Made by a program: the position numbers and the translations under genes. The notes beneath the pieces are model-generated. The model saw nothing but the letters and a program-made list of their open reading frames with translations, was not told the origin of the DNA and made no database searches. From Cladosporium halotolerans (taxonomy: Eukaryota), in NCBI RefSeq assembly GCF_011745625.1, contig NW_027191454.1, positions 1,054,001 through 1,118,000 on the forward strand: a stretch of DNA of 64,000 bases, written 5' to 3'. The number at the start of each line of letters is the position of its first letter. Within the stretch, counting starts at the first letter, position 1. Of the stretch, positions 43,546 to 57,310 are shown in pieces.

Positions 43546-46500
43546 TCAATACTCCGCCCCCCTCTCCCTCCCCTGCGCCCCTCCCACCGACGACGGCGGC
43601 GCCGCAGCCGCATACGCCGCCTCCCTCTCGCGCTCCCTCTCCCTCTCCCTCCTCTCCCTCTCGCGAAGGATGAAATCCGCCTCGGCGGCGCCCCCCGGCG
43701 CGCCGTCGGCCGGCGCCTCGAGCATCTTGGGCTTGCGCGGCGCGTACTCGTCCTCGGAGTTGTCGTCCTCGTACTCGTCGCGGTCCTTGCGCGCGCGCCG
43801 GCGCGAGGCGCGGCGCTCGTGCTTTTCTTCGCTGGCGCGGGCGGCTTCTGCAATGGTCGTTAGATGGGGGTGTGCTTTTTGGTGGGGAGGGCAAGACGAC
43901 GTACCTCTGATGTCGCGCGTGCGGTCGGCGAGCTTCTGGATCTCTTCCTTGGTCAGGACGCGCAGGACGATGACGAAGTCCTGGCGCTCCTCGAAGCGCT
44001 CGTTGGCGCGCTCGAGGGCCTCCGGGTTGACGAGGCGGCGGTCGATTTTGGTCCAGCGGGCGCCGGGCGGGATGCCTTTCTTATTCGCCTGTGAAAGAGG
44101 AGATCAAGTCAGCGTTCCGTGCGCTTTTGTGGGGGCATGGGGTTCGGCAAGTACGTACGTCCTTCAACGGCGCAACGCCCTCGCGCACGGCGTTCGGGTC
44201 CTCCGGGAACTTGTCCGTGGGCTTCTTCAGGATGCCCTTGGGCTTCTTGTCCTCCTCGTCCGTGGGCGGGTCGACGATGCGCACGCGGTTCTCGCGCTTC
44301 TCGCTGGCGCTGTTGTCGATGACCTGCGCCATCAGGCCCGGGTCCATGGTCTGGTCGAGGACGCTGGCGCGGCGGCGCAGCGAGGGCTCCACGGCGCCGT
44401 TGTTGGTCGGCGCCGTCGACCACGTGCTCTGGCTGGGCGCTTGGCTGGCGTCGTCCTCGAAGCTGCGGCGGAGGCCTGCCGAGGGCGGCGGCGCGGGCTG
44501 CTCGTATGCTGGGAAGGGCTCGGTGGCGCCGCCGCCGTTTGCTTTGCGGCCTTGACGCTCGGCTTGTCGGGCTTCGCGCTCGCGGCGGCGGCGTTCGCGG
44601 TCCGGGTCGGAGTCTGAGTTGTGGTCTTGCGGTTGGACGCCGAGTTCGCGCTGGGCTTGTTCGAAGCGTCGGCGGTAGTCCTCGTCTGCGTCATTGGTGG
44701 CTTGCGGTGCCTGCACCTGAGGGGCGGGTGCGTCGTAGGGGCGGTCGAACTCACGGTCTGAGCCGGGGTCGCGGTCATGCGGTCGAGGCTGAGGGCGAGG
44801 CGGCTGAGGTGGGGCCATGTCGTGAGGCTTGCCAGCAGGGACGTTCTCACGAGGCGCCTGTGCGTGTGCTTCACCAGGGCCTTCAAAGGCGAATCCGAGG
44901 CCACGGTCTTGGTCGTTGTAGGCGTCCCGTTGGCGGTCGATTGATGAGTCGTCCTCGTGTGAGCCGCCTCCACGCCGGCGTCTCTCGGGCTCGACATTGT
45001 CGCGCTCTCTCCGCTCGTCGTGACGGCGATCCTGCTCGCGTTTTCGCTCAATCTCACGCTCACGCTCGTGCTCACGAACCCGCTCTTGCTCTTCCCGCTC
45101 GCGCTCTTCTTTCTTGTTCTTCTCCCTGTTGAGTCCAAACAAGGTGGCGGCACTCGCAAGACCGCCGGCTGCGATTTTAGCAGCACCAGAGAGGCCGTCG
45201 CTGTCTTTCCTGTCGTCACGGCTGCTGTTGCGACGATGGTGGTGCCTTTCGCGGTGATCATCCCTGTCCAGATCGCGTTCCTTCTTGCGGTCCCGGTCAC
45301 TGTCGCGGTCGTAGTCTTCGTAGCCGCGGTTATAGTCCTTCCGCTTCGGCTCTTGAACGTATTGCCGCTCTCCGTACTGCGAGTCATCCCTGCGACTTCC
45401 ATCCGCGAATCCAGAGTCGCGCGCCGCATCTCTCTTCCGCGTCTCAAAGCTCTCATTGCTGCCACGGTTGCCATAGCGGTCCTTGCTTTCGCTGCGAATG
45501 CCAAAGCCTCGTCGAGAGACACTGCGGTCCTTGTGCCTAGTGGCGCTAAGCCTGCGCTCGTGATGCCTCGCTTCCCGGCGATCATCGTAGTCGTAGTCGT
45601 AGCGTTCAGTTGGGCGGTCCTGGTGGACAGCCTGTGACCTGCTCCTGTCGACAGAGCTGCGGCGCGGTGCGATGTAGTAAGGGTCTCGACTGTCAGTGTA
45701 CCTCCCGCGTGATTCGTCGCGCGCACGAGATGGAGAGTGTGACACCGGCTCCCTCGTGCTTCGGCTGCGTCCCAGGTCGTTGATCTTGTCCCAACCTCTC
45801 TGACTTGGCGGGGGCCCAACGTCTCGTGCAGATCGTCTCGGGTCGGCTCCGTAAGACTCGACCATGCTCACGGGACGCTCTCGGCTGGCTCCACCACGGT
45901 CGACACTACCACGCCGCGGTCTCGGCCACCTCGGCTCCGTGTCCTTGTACATGCTGGCCGGGTCTGTGTAGGAGAAAGCGTCCTCGTCCTCGACGGTCTT
46001 CTCTCGCCTGCCGTTCGCGTGATACGGCTTGCGGCCCCTGTCGTAGCCTAGGCCTCTGTACCCTGACCTGTCTCCGCTCTCTCTCCGCTTGTGGTGCCTC
46101 TCTCCACCTGCTCCCATGTCGACATCGGCTACAAGTTTGGCGCCGGTATCGTCGACGCTGTACACTTTCTTGTGCTCGAACTGCCGGGCGGGCTTAGGCT
46201 CCTTCGAAGACGCGGGCTGGATGTAGTAGTCGGGTCGGTCTCGCCGTTGTGGGCTAGAAGGGCGGGCAACATCGGCCTGGACGACAGTGGGTCGGTTGCG
46301 GGGAGGTCCAGGGTTGTTCGTGGCAGTGCTGCGAGAGTTCTCGAGCATGGAGCTGCGCCTGGGGCGTCCTGTGTAGGCATCGTATCCGGGTGCCAGGCGA
46401 GTGCTGCTGGAGCTCGCGCTGGTGGAGGAGGGAGGGTTGAGGTATGTCTGTGAGGAAATGGGAATGACTCGGTCGGTGCTCGCGCGGGGCGAGGCGTATG

Positions 46501-46603
46501 TGGTGTGTCTCTGCCCGTAGTACGGGTCGAAGTTGCTGTCAGAAGCTCGTGCGGGATTGGTCATGCGCCGGCCGGCGGGCGAGATTGTGCGGTTGTAGGA
46601 CAT
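43546..46603 (-). CDS. Arg/Asp/Glu-rich protein with conserved fungal C-terminal domain (GIPPGARWTKIDRRLVNPEAL...FVIVLRVL)
   Basis: Long ORF 44081..46759 (start MSYNRT at 46603) spliced through ~44090..44158 and ~43850..43903 to TGA at 43546..43548. Confidence 0.8.
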
Positions 46604-49451
46604 GTTGCCCTTTGTGTGGTAGGCTAGAGGTATCTGCCGGGATCGCCTCTGTTCGTGTGGATACGTCAGCACATTGTTGTTGTTCGTGTGGTAGCCCCAG
46701 GACCCGGAGGCGGAGCGGAAGGGAGGGAAAGCCGCGACGCTGCTGCTTCGCTCGCCCATTGCTGCGTGTTGGTGAAGGTCGCTTTCACTGCAACAACGGC
46801 GGAATGGAAGCGAGAGAGGTCAGCATCACGCCGCGGCATGGGCATGGGCATGGCACATTGGGCAGGAGCAGCAATTCAGCACCTACCAGCGGGGAGCGGG
46901 CGCGAGTGGAGCGTCTAGAAAAAAAGAGCCGAAACCAGCAGCGCGCAAGGATGGAGCGAGGCCCGCAGGCGGCGGGCTGGTGCGCAGACGGTGGTGCGGG
47001 CTGGCAGGCTGGGTTTGGGGGGTTGTGGGCGTGTTGGCGATGTGTAATGCGTGGGGCGCGCGTTCACCTCTGCGTTGGGCAGCCGGGGTGGTCCCAGTCG
47101 GCAGGCGCGCTTGCGATGAGGGCTGCTGGCCGGTTGTGTCGCCGGGCGCGGTGCGAGCTGGGGCGGCGGCGGTGCGGTATAGCTGCAGTAGTGAGAGGGC
47201 CGAGTGTGTCGCGACGGAGGGGCGCCGGGCGGGCTGCAGAGGCCGAGCGGTCGGGTGCTACTGCTTGGTCGCCGGGGTGCCGGTGGGGAGTGGCGGGCGC
47301 GCGGTGGGTGCGGCGGGCGGCGCGTGGGCGAGAGCGTGGGCGAGGGCAAACTGGAAGACTTGGGCGTCGGCGGTGCTGGCGAGGTATATGTAAGAAGAGG
47401 CGCTGCGCGCTCGCGGGCCTGCAGGCTCAGACAGACGTCGGCGCGGCTCACGTGCAGCTGGCAGGGCGCGCAGGGCTCTGCGCTTCCAGACGTCGCGATA
47501 GGGTTTGCGTGGTCGAGGTTGGGCAGGTATATGCCGGGGCGATATTGGCGCGCTGGCGGGCAAAGGCTGCAGCGGGTGGGCGAGTTGTTTGCTGCGACGG
47601 GGAGCGGAGACGACGGGCAGAAGGCGTCAGAACTGCAGTTCGCTCCTACGGCTGGGCTACATGTATGTATGGAGGTATGTAGACATGTACACGAGCGACG
47701 GACCACCACCGGCGGGCGCCCTCAGCAGCAGCGCCGCACTCTCTCGCCCGCCATGCCGCCCTGCGCTGCGCTGCCCCTGTCCCCATGACGCAGCTGCGGT
47801 GACGTCGTCGCTCCAGCCCGGCCAAGGCTGGCCCTGGCTGAGACCGTCCGCTCCCACGCCTCAGGCCTGCCACGCCCATCAATAATCACCGGGCCGCTCG
47901 CGTGCGCGCCGCGAGCCATTCGCCATCGCCAGTCACGCAGTGCGCCATCCTTCGCCTGGCCAGCCGTTGCGCCGCTCCCCGGGCGCCTGTGTCTGTGTCT
48001 TGCCGCGGCCACGGCAACGCCAGCGCCAGCCTCGACATCATCGCCCTCGCTATCGAGGCAAGCGAGCACCTCGTGTACCCTTTACCAGGTCCCCCCGGCC
48101 ACTCTGGCTGCCCGACATTGCACAGAGAGGCTCGGCTAGCACGCACACCACACGTGCCGTCCGAACCTACAGGCCACGATATCGCAAAACTCAGCCGTTG
48201 GCGGCGTGCGCAGCGCGTGTCTGCTTACCCAGTGCTCGCGATCCTGCGCTTCGTCCCCACAGCGAAACAGCCCGTCCGCCAAACCCGACGCTTCCACTGT
48301 TTCCACGCGCGGGCCGGCGCCATCCTCACTTGGCCCGCATGGCAGGGCTGAACCGGCGCTCGTCCGCCATCCCGGTCAGCCACCTGGCCAAGCGCAGAAG
48401 CGCCGCGCGAAGCGTTCTGGAAGATCCGGCAGGGAAGCGCCTTGGAGCTGCAATGTCCGCGCAGCAGGCATGTATGCACACATGCACGAACGCGACGACT
48501 CTCTTGCTGCCTGAGCGATAAATCACCACCGCCCCATGCACGCGGTGTGCTGAACGGCGCTTCGCTCGACGATCAATGGCTAGAGTAGACGTCTCCGGAG
48601 CGACCGCCGCGAACTCTCTCGCCCGGACTTCTGCTTGGCTGCCCAAACCTCGCCCAAACGCTTCTGGATACAGCGGCGTACATATTCTCTCCTCCACCTC
48701 CACCTCACCCTCCGCCAGTCCGCCCGACACTTGTCCTAGCTGCCAGAGCTCGCCCCGCTGCGCCCAGTCCTCGTAAACCCACCCGTGCAGCTTCCGAAAG
48801 TCGTTCACGCGGGCACCATTGCAGCAAAACCGGTCTTGCTTGGCGGAGATAGCTCTCTACATAGCGCCGCCCAGTTCAGTTCCTGCACCGGCGCGGACGA
48901 TCGGACCTTGCATATGCAGCCTTGAGATGGAGAGCCACGGACCTTGGGAGTTCGATGGGGCGGTGCGGGGCGTGGGCTCTCGGCGCCAGCTTGTGTCTTC
49001 ATGCGCCGGGGCGCTTCGTGCTGCTGCGACGGCTGTTGCGGACGAGTGTGGGATTCAAGGGCTCTAGTGTGGGAGGCAGGTGCTACTCGGTCCGAGTCTT
49101 GACCATTGAGTTGTTCAGACGGATGGTCGGGTTTTTTTCTTGTCTACCGAGGCTGCAATTGATGGCTGCCCTGATTTATGCGAGACAGCTGATTCCATCT
49201 ACACTGTTGATAGTAATATTCATTCCTATATACATAATGATAGCGTCGCCTTCGTCCGTCCTTTTGACGTCCCCCAGGAACGCCGATGACAGCCAAATCT
49301 GGTACTCGCCCGCCACCCAAGCCCTATTAGACCCCCGCCGTTGAAACGTGAACAACACCAAACGCCGAGCCCCTCCAACCACCAACCCCCTAAACCAACC
49401 CCAAACCAAAAACCAAACACCCCAACACACCCCCTTCCCCCTCCTCCCCCC

Positions 49452-51776
49452 TCAAAACGCCCTCTCAACCGTCCTCCCCCCACAATCCGGCACCACCAAC
49501 CCCTCCTTCAACTCCCGCCCCCCATCCATCAACCCCCACTTACTCTCCCACGCCTGCCCCGCCGTATCAAACTGCTTCTTCCACGGCTCGTCGTACGCCT
49601 CGAACCAGAAGTACGTCGTCCCGTTGCTCAGGCTCGGACACACCCAGCCCTCCATGAACGCGTTCATCTCCTGCACGCCCGCCGTCGCGCCCTCTTCGCC
49701 CGCCGAGCACGTCCCGTCCGAGCCGCCGCAGTTCGTCCCGCCCGCGGACGGCCAGCCGACTTCGGCGATGATGCTGCGGGGCCAGTTTTTGCCCGCCGAG
49801 GAAGGGGAGGTGGCGAGCGCGGCGTTGTGGTTCTGCCAGAAGGACCAGGTCCAGCCCGGGGCGGCGGCGGGCGTCACGCCGGCGAAGAACGGGTGCACGT
49901 TCGCGAGCACGATGTCCGAGTCCGCGGCTAGCTGCGCCGTCCAGTCGTCGCCGAGGTCGGAGGTCGCGACGGGGAGGTCGATGGAGAGGTCGGACAGGGT
50001 GCGGCGGACGGCGGTGAGGTTGGCGGCGAGCTGGGCCTCGGTCAGGTCTTTGCGGAAGAGCACTTCGTTGCCGACGATGATGCCGGCGAAGTGGCTGGCG
50101 GGGTAGGCGCGGAGGAGGGCTTCCATCTGCGAGAGCTGGCGGTCGTTGGTGGTGGCGTTGTTGCCGAGCCAGACGCCGAGCCAGACTTGCAGCGTGGAGT
50201 TGTAGCCTAGGCGGTCGATGGCGGTGAGCACCATCTCGGTCTGGTTGCAGTCTGTGCCGTAGAGGCGGACCGCGGGGGTGAGCTGGGCCAGCTGCGCCAT
50301 GTCCATCGTGATGTTGTTTTGGTCCGGCGGGTTGTGCATGCAGTCCGGGTATTGGGCGTTGAGCGGCGTGTAGTCCATGCCGGGGAAGACTTTGTGGAAG
50401 GCTTTGTTGTCGAGCAGGGCTTTGATCTCGGGCGAGTCGATGTCGTAGAGGCCGCCGTCTTTGCCGCTGGAGGAGGAGGAGGAGGTTTGCTTGGTTGACG
50501 ATCCGTTGCCGTTCGAGTTCTTCATCCCTAGGATGCCGCCGGCGGTGCCGCCGACGACTGCGGCCACCACGACGAGCAGGATGAGCGACCCGACGATCCA
50601 CTTCATTCGTTTCTTGCCGTGGCTCTGCTTGTCTAGCCACTCGCTCTTCTCGGGGTCGCCTCTGCTCCTGGTCGGCGACTGGCTGAAGCCGCGCTCCTCG
50701 TTGCCACGTCTGACCTCGAATACCTTGAAGCCTCCCTTGTCAGGGTCATCTGCACCGGCCGCGCCACCAAACGCGCCCACTCCCGATAGACCCCTTCGAC
50801 TCCTCTTGTTCCTAGGATGCTCCTCGAACCCATCATCGCCGTCGTCAGCAATACTGCTCGGATCAAAGTTGCCATATGCCTCTCCTTGCCACCTCTTCGG
50901 TACTTCATTCCCGTAGTAATCCGCCGCCGCGCCTCCAGCATCCGCACCTCCCACAGCCGCAGCCGGGACACCGTACCCCCGCCTCGTCGGCGACGGCGGG
51001 CCTCGCCCGGACGGCGAACCCCGGTGCTCCATGAGCGGCGCGTTCGACGACGCAGAGTCCGTGTGCCGGTGCATGTTCTGCCTCAAGGCCTGTCGCGGCG
51101 GCGTCGCGGGGTACTCGCGCTGCGTGTAGGGGGAGGGTTCGCGCGGCTCGGCGTAGGGGCTTTGGGCGGCGCCTACGGCGGCTCGCGGTGGCCCTTGGCG
51201 GTGTCGGCGGGAGGGAGAGGGAGAGTCGTGCGCGGAGGGCGAGCGGGTTTGCGCCATGAGGGGGACTTTGGAGGCTGAGTCCGGTTGTTGGGGCGGTTTC
51301 GACCTGGTCTTTCGAGGTGGCGTGGAGGGATGATGTGGCACTGGAGGTGATCTGTAGTCTTGCGGCTCGGGCGACGGCGACATGACTTCTCGTGGGCCGA
51401 AGAGGTTGTCGATATCTTGCAGCGCACGTCTCTCGGGGTCTGGAGGCGAGAAGTCCGAAGCGGTGGGCATGTAGGGCTTCGCCTGCCGCTGCTGAGGGTA
51501 GTAGCCTGGTGGTGAACACGGCTGGCCGCCGCGGCCTGACGGCGGAGGCGGCATCTCTGTGGGCCACGAGGGGTGTTGCGTTCCTTTGATGGGCGATACG
51601 CTGCGGTTTGGAGCTCTGATTTGCCCAGCAGCTATGTGGTGGCCGTATTGCGCGTTACTGAGTGAGTTCAGAGACGTGTTGATGGAGATGGGAGAGACGG
51701 GCGGCTGGAAGTCGTCACGCCAATCATCTTCACGGTTGAACGGCCTGTTGGAGTCGTGGGCGTGGTTGTAGGACAT
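49452..51776 (-). CDS. btgC: GH17 glucan endo-1,3-beta-glucosidase, BtgC-like (type II membrane)
   Basis: Pro-rich cytosolic N-terminus, single TM, FPGMDYTP, VRLYGTDCNQ, IIVGNEVLFR, ANVHPFF, AEVGWP and FEAYDEPWK. Confidence 0.88.
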   Translation of the reverse strand: MSYNHAHDSNRPFNREDDWRDDFQPPVSPISINTSLNSLSNAQYGHHIAAGQIRAPNRSVSPIKGTQHPSWPTEMPPPPSGRGGQPCSPPGYYPQQRQAKPYMPTASDFSPPDPERRALQDIDNLFGPREVMSPSPEPQDYRSPPVPHHPSTPPRKTRSKPPQQPDSASKVPLMAQTRSPSAHDSPSPSRRHRQGPPRAAVGAAQSPYAEPREPSPYTQREYPATPPRQALRQNMHRHTDSASSNAPLMEHRGSPSGRGPPSPTRRGYGVPAAAVGGADAGGAAADYYGNEVPKRWQGEAYGNFDPSSIADDGDDGFEEHPRNKRSRRGLSGVGAFGGAAGADDPDKGGFKVFEVRRGNEERGFSQSPTRSRGDPEKSEWLDKQSHGKKRMKWIVGSLILLVVVAAVVGGTAGGILGMKNSNGNGSSTKQTSSSSSSGKDGGLYDIDSPEIKALLDNKAFHKVFPGMDYTPLNAQYPDCMHNPPDQNNITMDMAQLAQLTPAVRLYGTDCNQTEMVLTAIDRLGYNSTLQVWLGVWLGNNATTNDRQLSQMEALLRAYPASHFAGIIVGNEVLFRKDLTEAQLAANLTAVRRTLSDLSIDLPVATSDLGDDWTAQLAADSDIVLANVHPFFAGVTPAAAPGWTWSFWQNHNAALATSPSSAGKNWPRSIIAEVGWPSAGGTNCGGSDGTCSAGEEGATAGVQEMNAFMEGWVCPSLSNGTTYFWFEAYDEPWKKQFDTAGQAWESKWGLMDGGRELKEGLVVPDCGGRTVERAF

Positions 51777-53449
51777 GTCTGCCCGCCTCGCGCAAGGTTC
51801 ATGCAGTTGCTTCAGCGACTGTGAGCCAACGGTCTACCAGGCCTGTCTCAAAGTGTAGGCCTGACTGTCTAGCGCTTGTTGTACAGTGAGTAGACAGAGA
51901 TCGCCAACAACCACAAGTTTTGTTTGTCCAAGACAGCGCCGCACTACAGTTCTGTCTCGTGTTTCGCCTGCGTACGCGGCCAGCCTCTCTTGGCTGCAGC
52001 TCGTGGAAGCCAGGCGGCTGTGTTGTTCAAAGTCAACAAATCGTGGGGTTAGAGCAACGATGAGGAAGATTATTACTCTGTACCTGACAGGGAGCGCATC
52101 AAAAATGTCCTGTAAGAATCTACTGTCGTGTCAATCGAAGTCTCATGCAATTCCTTCATGCAAGGCTTCTCGCGTTGGCACCGCTGACGACACCCATACG
52201 ATCGTGTTGCAGCGTCGCAGCCTTCCCTGGCAACCGGCTTTTCAGCGTCTCACCCCGCTTGCAGCCGCGCTTTTGGCCAGTGGCAACGCCCAAAATAAAC
52301 CACACGTGTGAGGAGTGCATGCTCCGCCTGCCTCAGGTGACACTGGTAAATTTGTGAATGCATGCCTGTCCAATCACTCGATGTACAAACGAGGCTGAAG
52401 CCTATTCTTCTTTGCGAGTGGGTGTCATGGCGCTGTGACATCCCCAGGCGCACGTACGTTAGCGACCCACTGATGAGATGTCAAGCAGTGTCAAGTTGCG
52501 GCGTGTGGCCGCTCCCGTGTTGTATAAGTCCAATGAGCGGCTGCAAGCGTCGTGTAAAACCCCAGTTGAACAAGTGCTACACACCAAACCCTTTCTTGTC
52601 GAAACGGATCGTCAAGAGCAAGTATCGTGCGGAGTCTTGCGTTCTTGCACATGTGGATTTGTGCCCCATGTGTGCATGTATGTTGATAAATCCGGGCCGG
52701 ACTTTATGGAAAGGCCTTTGGTGGCACTGGCCGATCCGACCATGCAAAAACCGACGGAGCAGATGGAACACCATTTGACAATTTGCGACTTTTCATGCAC
52801 CATACTCGAGTATTGGAAAGTCCAGGCATTGCGGCTTTCGCACTTCTTCGATCAGGTCCAGCAGCGATGAATTTTGCCGGATCATCTAGTCAGCCTGGAT
52901 GTTCGCAGTGTGCTGCGATTCCTTCCAGAAGCATTATCAGAAAGGCCTTCAAATGCCTCTTGAACGCCTCCCATCTGGTCAATGGATAGTAAGTCTTTCG
53001 TCAAAGCAAGGCTTGCATCCTTGGAATGCATCGACGGACCGTGCCAGCAATTGCGCTCGTCACATCTCGTGCAGACACAATGCGATGTTCCTGGTGATTC
53101 TTTCCCCAGCGGCCGAAACGCCTACTCTTACATAGCCACAGACAGATCAGTAGGATAGCACCGATACGCCTGCAGTGATGCGACATTCAACGCATTCGGA
53201 CAGATGGCATGTCGTACACAGACGGTGGCCTGCTGCTGTGAAGAGTGGAAGCCAGCACGCACCCGTCTCAACGCCGGCTTGCCAAGCTCTCGGGGACGCG
53301 CGGGGTGGATTCAGATGCCGCCTTCACGCCTCGCTCCGACAACGCCTACACCGCGCGACTGCGACCAGCAGCATATGGAAATATCCGCCCCTGGAGGTGT
53401 CCTCGCGGACACAAGAGCTAACAGTGCACTGTCAATTACCATCGCCAGG

Positions 53450-55985
53450 ATGGATGCCGACAGCCAAGGGTCGGACGTTGAGGACGTGAAGCTGAAAACG
53501 GGTGAAAAACGTGACCCGCCACGCGAAAAACGGACTTCTCGCGCGTGTCTTACATGTCGCAAAAGGAAGAGCGCCTGCGATCTGTGAGTGCCACCAATCC
53601 TCTGCTAAGTGCGAGCCACACAGGATATGCCGACGTGCTCGGCGACCTGCAATGCCCTGGCAGCCTGGACACCGCCTGCGCAAACTCGGAAGCCTCGGGT
53701 CATCGGTCTTTGACCCAGGTCATTGCTTGGACGCTCAACTGACTGCATCACAGGCCTGTAGTTGATGGCGTCGTCACCACTCCTTGCAAACGCTGCAAGG
53801 CCACTGGATTAGAGTGTGTCATCGGGTCTAGTAACCGCGGTGGCAGGCGTGTGCGGCGAAAGACTACGCATTCCGTGGACGAATCTGCTGACGGCGGCGG
53901 CAACGGCGACACCTCTATGCTATCGACGCTAGATGAGGAGGCCCGACCTGGCGCGTACAGAGACGAGTATACCGGACTGGATCGGCCTATGCACGACGGC
54001 ATCAGTGGTGTCAATCCCGCCACGACACCGGGAATGATCCTGGATCCGGCCCTGCAGAATACCGATCCGGCGTTCACTGTGGATCCTCAAAACGGCTCGG
54101 CCGGTATGATGGCCTCGCAGAACACTCGAGAGTCGTCGACGACCTCGAACATGTTCGGTGGCCATGAGTTGCAGAACCCTAGCGACGCCCTCGGCATACT
54201 CGCACAGATCGCCAGTAACGGGGAAAACGCCCACCCGTATACCATGATGACCCAGCACGTGAACCAAGGCTCGAGCTATGGTCACAACTCGCTCGAATAC
54301 CCCCTTGTCCGAGATGGTCGGCTATCGGTATCCAAGGTCATTCAGCTCCTGCAGCGCTACAAGATGTACTATCACCCCTATTTCCCGCTCGTGCCGTCGG
54401 CAACTCTGGATGCCGTCAACCTGGCTAAGACTGCACGAGAGGAGCCACACTTGCTCACCGCCGTCTTGGTCATTGCTTCAAGGGATCTCGTGGATGATCC
54501 TAATGTTTTCACAGCATGTACAGAATACATGCGCTCGTTGGTGTCGGCATTATCTGCTGGCGGGCCCAGCAGTGTGTCATCAGTGGAGGCCCTCTTGCTT
54601 CTTGCCGAATGGACACCCTACACATCACGCTCGGATGCCGGTAATGTTGGCCGTGGCGAAGAAGACCGCGAAGCATGGATGCATATCGGCATTGCCCTGC
54701 GTATCGGCTACTTCCTAGGCCTTGACAGATACTCGTTCCACGTTCGCGGAGACGATATCAAAGATCCTCAGTGGCAGCGCAAGCGTCTTGTCTGGACTGC
54801 TTGCTACATCAGCGACCGACAGATCAGCATCCGTCTAGGACGTGCTTTCTGGTCTCGAGGGCCAGGGCCATTGACCACCCTTCGCAAAGAAGACTTCCCG
54901 ATGCTGGCGCCTGCTGGTCCCGGTGACGAAGATTTTGCAAGCATTTTCCAGGCCACTCTTGAGCTCACTCTACTCTTCTCGAATGTGCATGACGTCTTGT
55001 ACTCCAATCCCGGGAATAGCATGCGTAACCATCTTGCCGGGGGGTACATCAAGTATATCGACGATTTCAGGAGTGCTATTGTAAGTCTTGATACTCTTGC
55101 ATGTCAAGGTATTTGGTCGATGCTAACGCTTTGCAGTATGGCTGGAAATCGGTCTGGGGCACACTCACCTGCTCCCCGGCGCTGAAGGCGACATTGTTGA
55201 TGTCGTATGACTACCTCAGACTCTACACCAACGCCTTCGCCTTCCACGCAACCATCAAACGCGCTCTCCCACAGATGCAAGAACAGAATGAGAATCGCAA
55301 GTCGACCCATCCCGCACCTGGCAGGGTCTTCTACAACAATGTCGGCGCAGTCGGTGATGCCCGATTTATCTACGAAGGTCTTGATGCGGCGAAGAGCTTG
55401 CTGAGCATGGTCAACACCTTTGTCAACCCTGAGCAATCACTACGATTTATGCCATTGCGTTTCTACCTTTACTCCATCTACAGCGGCGTATTCCTCTACC
55501 GCGCTCGCTGTGTGGGTGTGCTCTCACACGACGAAGAGCAATCAGTCCGAGCAATGGTGCAAGAGACAATCAACAGACTTGAAAGATCAGGACTTGGCAA
55601 CCAGCACCCGGGAAGCCGCTACTCGCGTCTTCTGCGACTCTTGTGGGACAAGGTTGAACGGAAAGAGCGGAAGGGAGATGCTCGAACATCTGCCACATTG
55701 AAGAATCCATACCGCCCTGGTTCGGTCAGCGGCGGAGGACCAACGCCAGGGTCGGTGGGTTCGGCGGTATCACAAGACTCACCAGCCGTGACTGAGATGA
55801 TGGGAGATTTCTCATGGACTGACCTCGATGCCATCGGCAATTTCGCTGTGAACGGCGGCGGCGGCACCACCAACGTGAATGATGCCGAATGGTGGTCTGG
55901 ATTCTTGCCAGCGGACAGCAACAATTTCATGTTCGATGGTCTGCCTGGCATGGACGATTGGAGCCTCGGCCTATCAGGCGTGTAA
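53450..55985 (+). CDS. Zn(II)2Cys6 fungal transcription factor (Aro80-related)
   Basis: RACLTCRKRKSACDL joined over intron ~53584..53753 to PCKRCKATGLEC; middle homology region (RLVWTACYISDRQISIRLGR); second intron ~55081..55136. Confidence 0.88.
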
Positions 55986-56207
55986 AGCCCAGGTTGTATC
56001 CTACTCTTCTAGTTTGACGACGTGATTAATCATATACCCTATTTATTATTATGAATTGTTGAAATCTGAAGAGGGATCAGAAAAGCGGAGACATTCGGCT
56101 TTTGAAGCTCGGCAGAAAGTGCTGCCGATGTTACTTGAACTTTGGGTTCCTCGCTGTCTTTGCATTCACAACAACACTTCGAAACAATTACCACTAATAC
56201 TTTCGAC

Positions 56208-57310
56208 ATGTCGAGTAGAGCAGCTCTGTTGATTGGTAAGATCACTCATGCACGGAAAGAGTGGGAGTCTCTCAGCTCGCTCTTGCAGTTGAAGGTATGT
56301 AGCATATCGAAGCCTCCAACCGCAGCAGCTGAAGATGGTACAGGAGTACGGCACAGGATCCAGACAAGACTTCATCTCAAAACTGAAAGGCGGCGACTTC
56401 AACGATGTCGTCGCGATCTACCGCTCAAACGACTCTACCAAGGTCACCGGCCCTTTCGATAAGGAACTCGTCTCCTCGTTACCCGCAAGCCTGAAATACA
56501 TCTGCCACAATGGCGCCGGGTACGACAACATCAACGTCGCCGCATGCTCAGAACGCAATATCGGCGTCAGCAGCACCCCTCTCGCCGTCAATGACTCAAC
56601 GGCAGACAGTAAGCCCGCCACACCACCCTTCTCAATCCCTCATCTCCCACAACTAAACCACCCCAGCCGCCCTCTTCCTCATGCTCGGCGCCCTCCGCCG
56701 CATCACCATCCCCTTCCAAAACCTGCGCGCCGGCGCCTGGCGCGGCTCCAACTTCGCGCTCGGCCACGACCCCAAGAACAAGCTCCTCGGCGTCCTCGGT
56801 ATGGGCGGCATCGGGCAAGCCGTCGCACAGCGCGCCCGCGCCTTCGGCATGCAAATCCAGTACCACAACCGCAATCGCTTACCTGAGAGCGAGGAGCAGG
56901 GCGCCAAGCACGTCACGTTCGACGAGCTGATGCGCACCTCGGACGTGATCAGTCTCAATCTGGCGCTGAACGAGAGCACGCGGCACATTATTTCCCGGCC
57001 GCAGTTTGAGATTATGAAGGATGGTGTCGTCATCGTTAATACGGCCAGGGGTCCGATTGTGGACGAGGCGGCGCTCGTGGAGGCGCTGGAGAGTGGGAAG
57101 GTTTTCTCGGCGGGTCTGGACGTTTTCGAGGACGAGCCGGAGATTCATCCTGCCTTGATGGGGAATGAGAATGTGGTGCTCTTGCCGCATGTGGGGACTT
57201 CGACTTGGGAGACACAGAGGGATATGGAGTTGTTGGTGCTGGAGAATTTGAGGTCGGCGGTTGAGGGGAAGGGTTTGGTTACACCGGTTGCTGAGCAGAA
57301 GGGGAAGTGA
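56208..57310 (+). CDS. D-isomer-specific 2-hydroxyacid dehydrogenase (glyoxylate reductase-like)
   Basis: HNGAGYD, GVLGMGGIG, VNTARG, GLDVFEDEP and LLPHVGT; introns ~56295..56343 and ~56609..56666. Confidence 0.93.

Noticed and set aside
46498..48521. Long ORFs (394 aa, 264 aa, 194 aa and others) in the GC-rich region
   Set aside because: Arg/Gly/Ala/Pro-rich nonsense expected from stop-poor GC-rich DNA; no motifs or consistent codon pattern.
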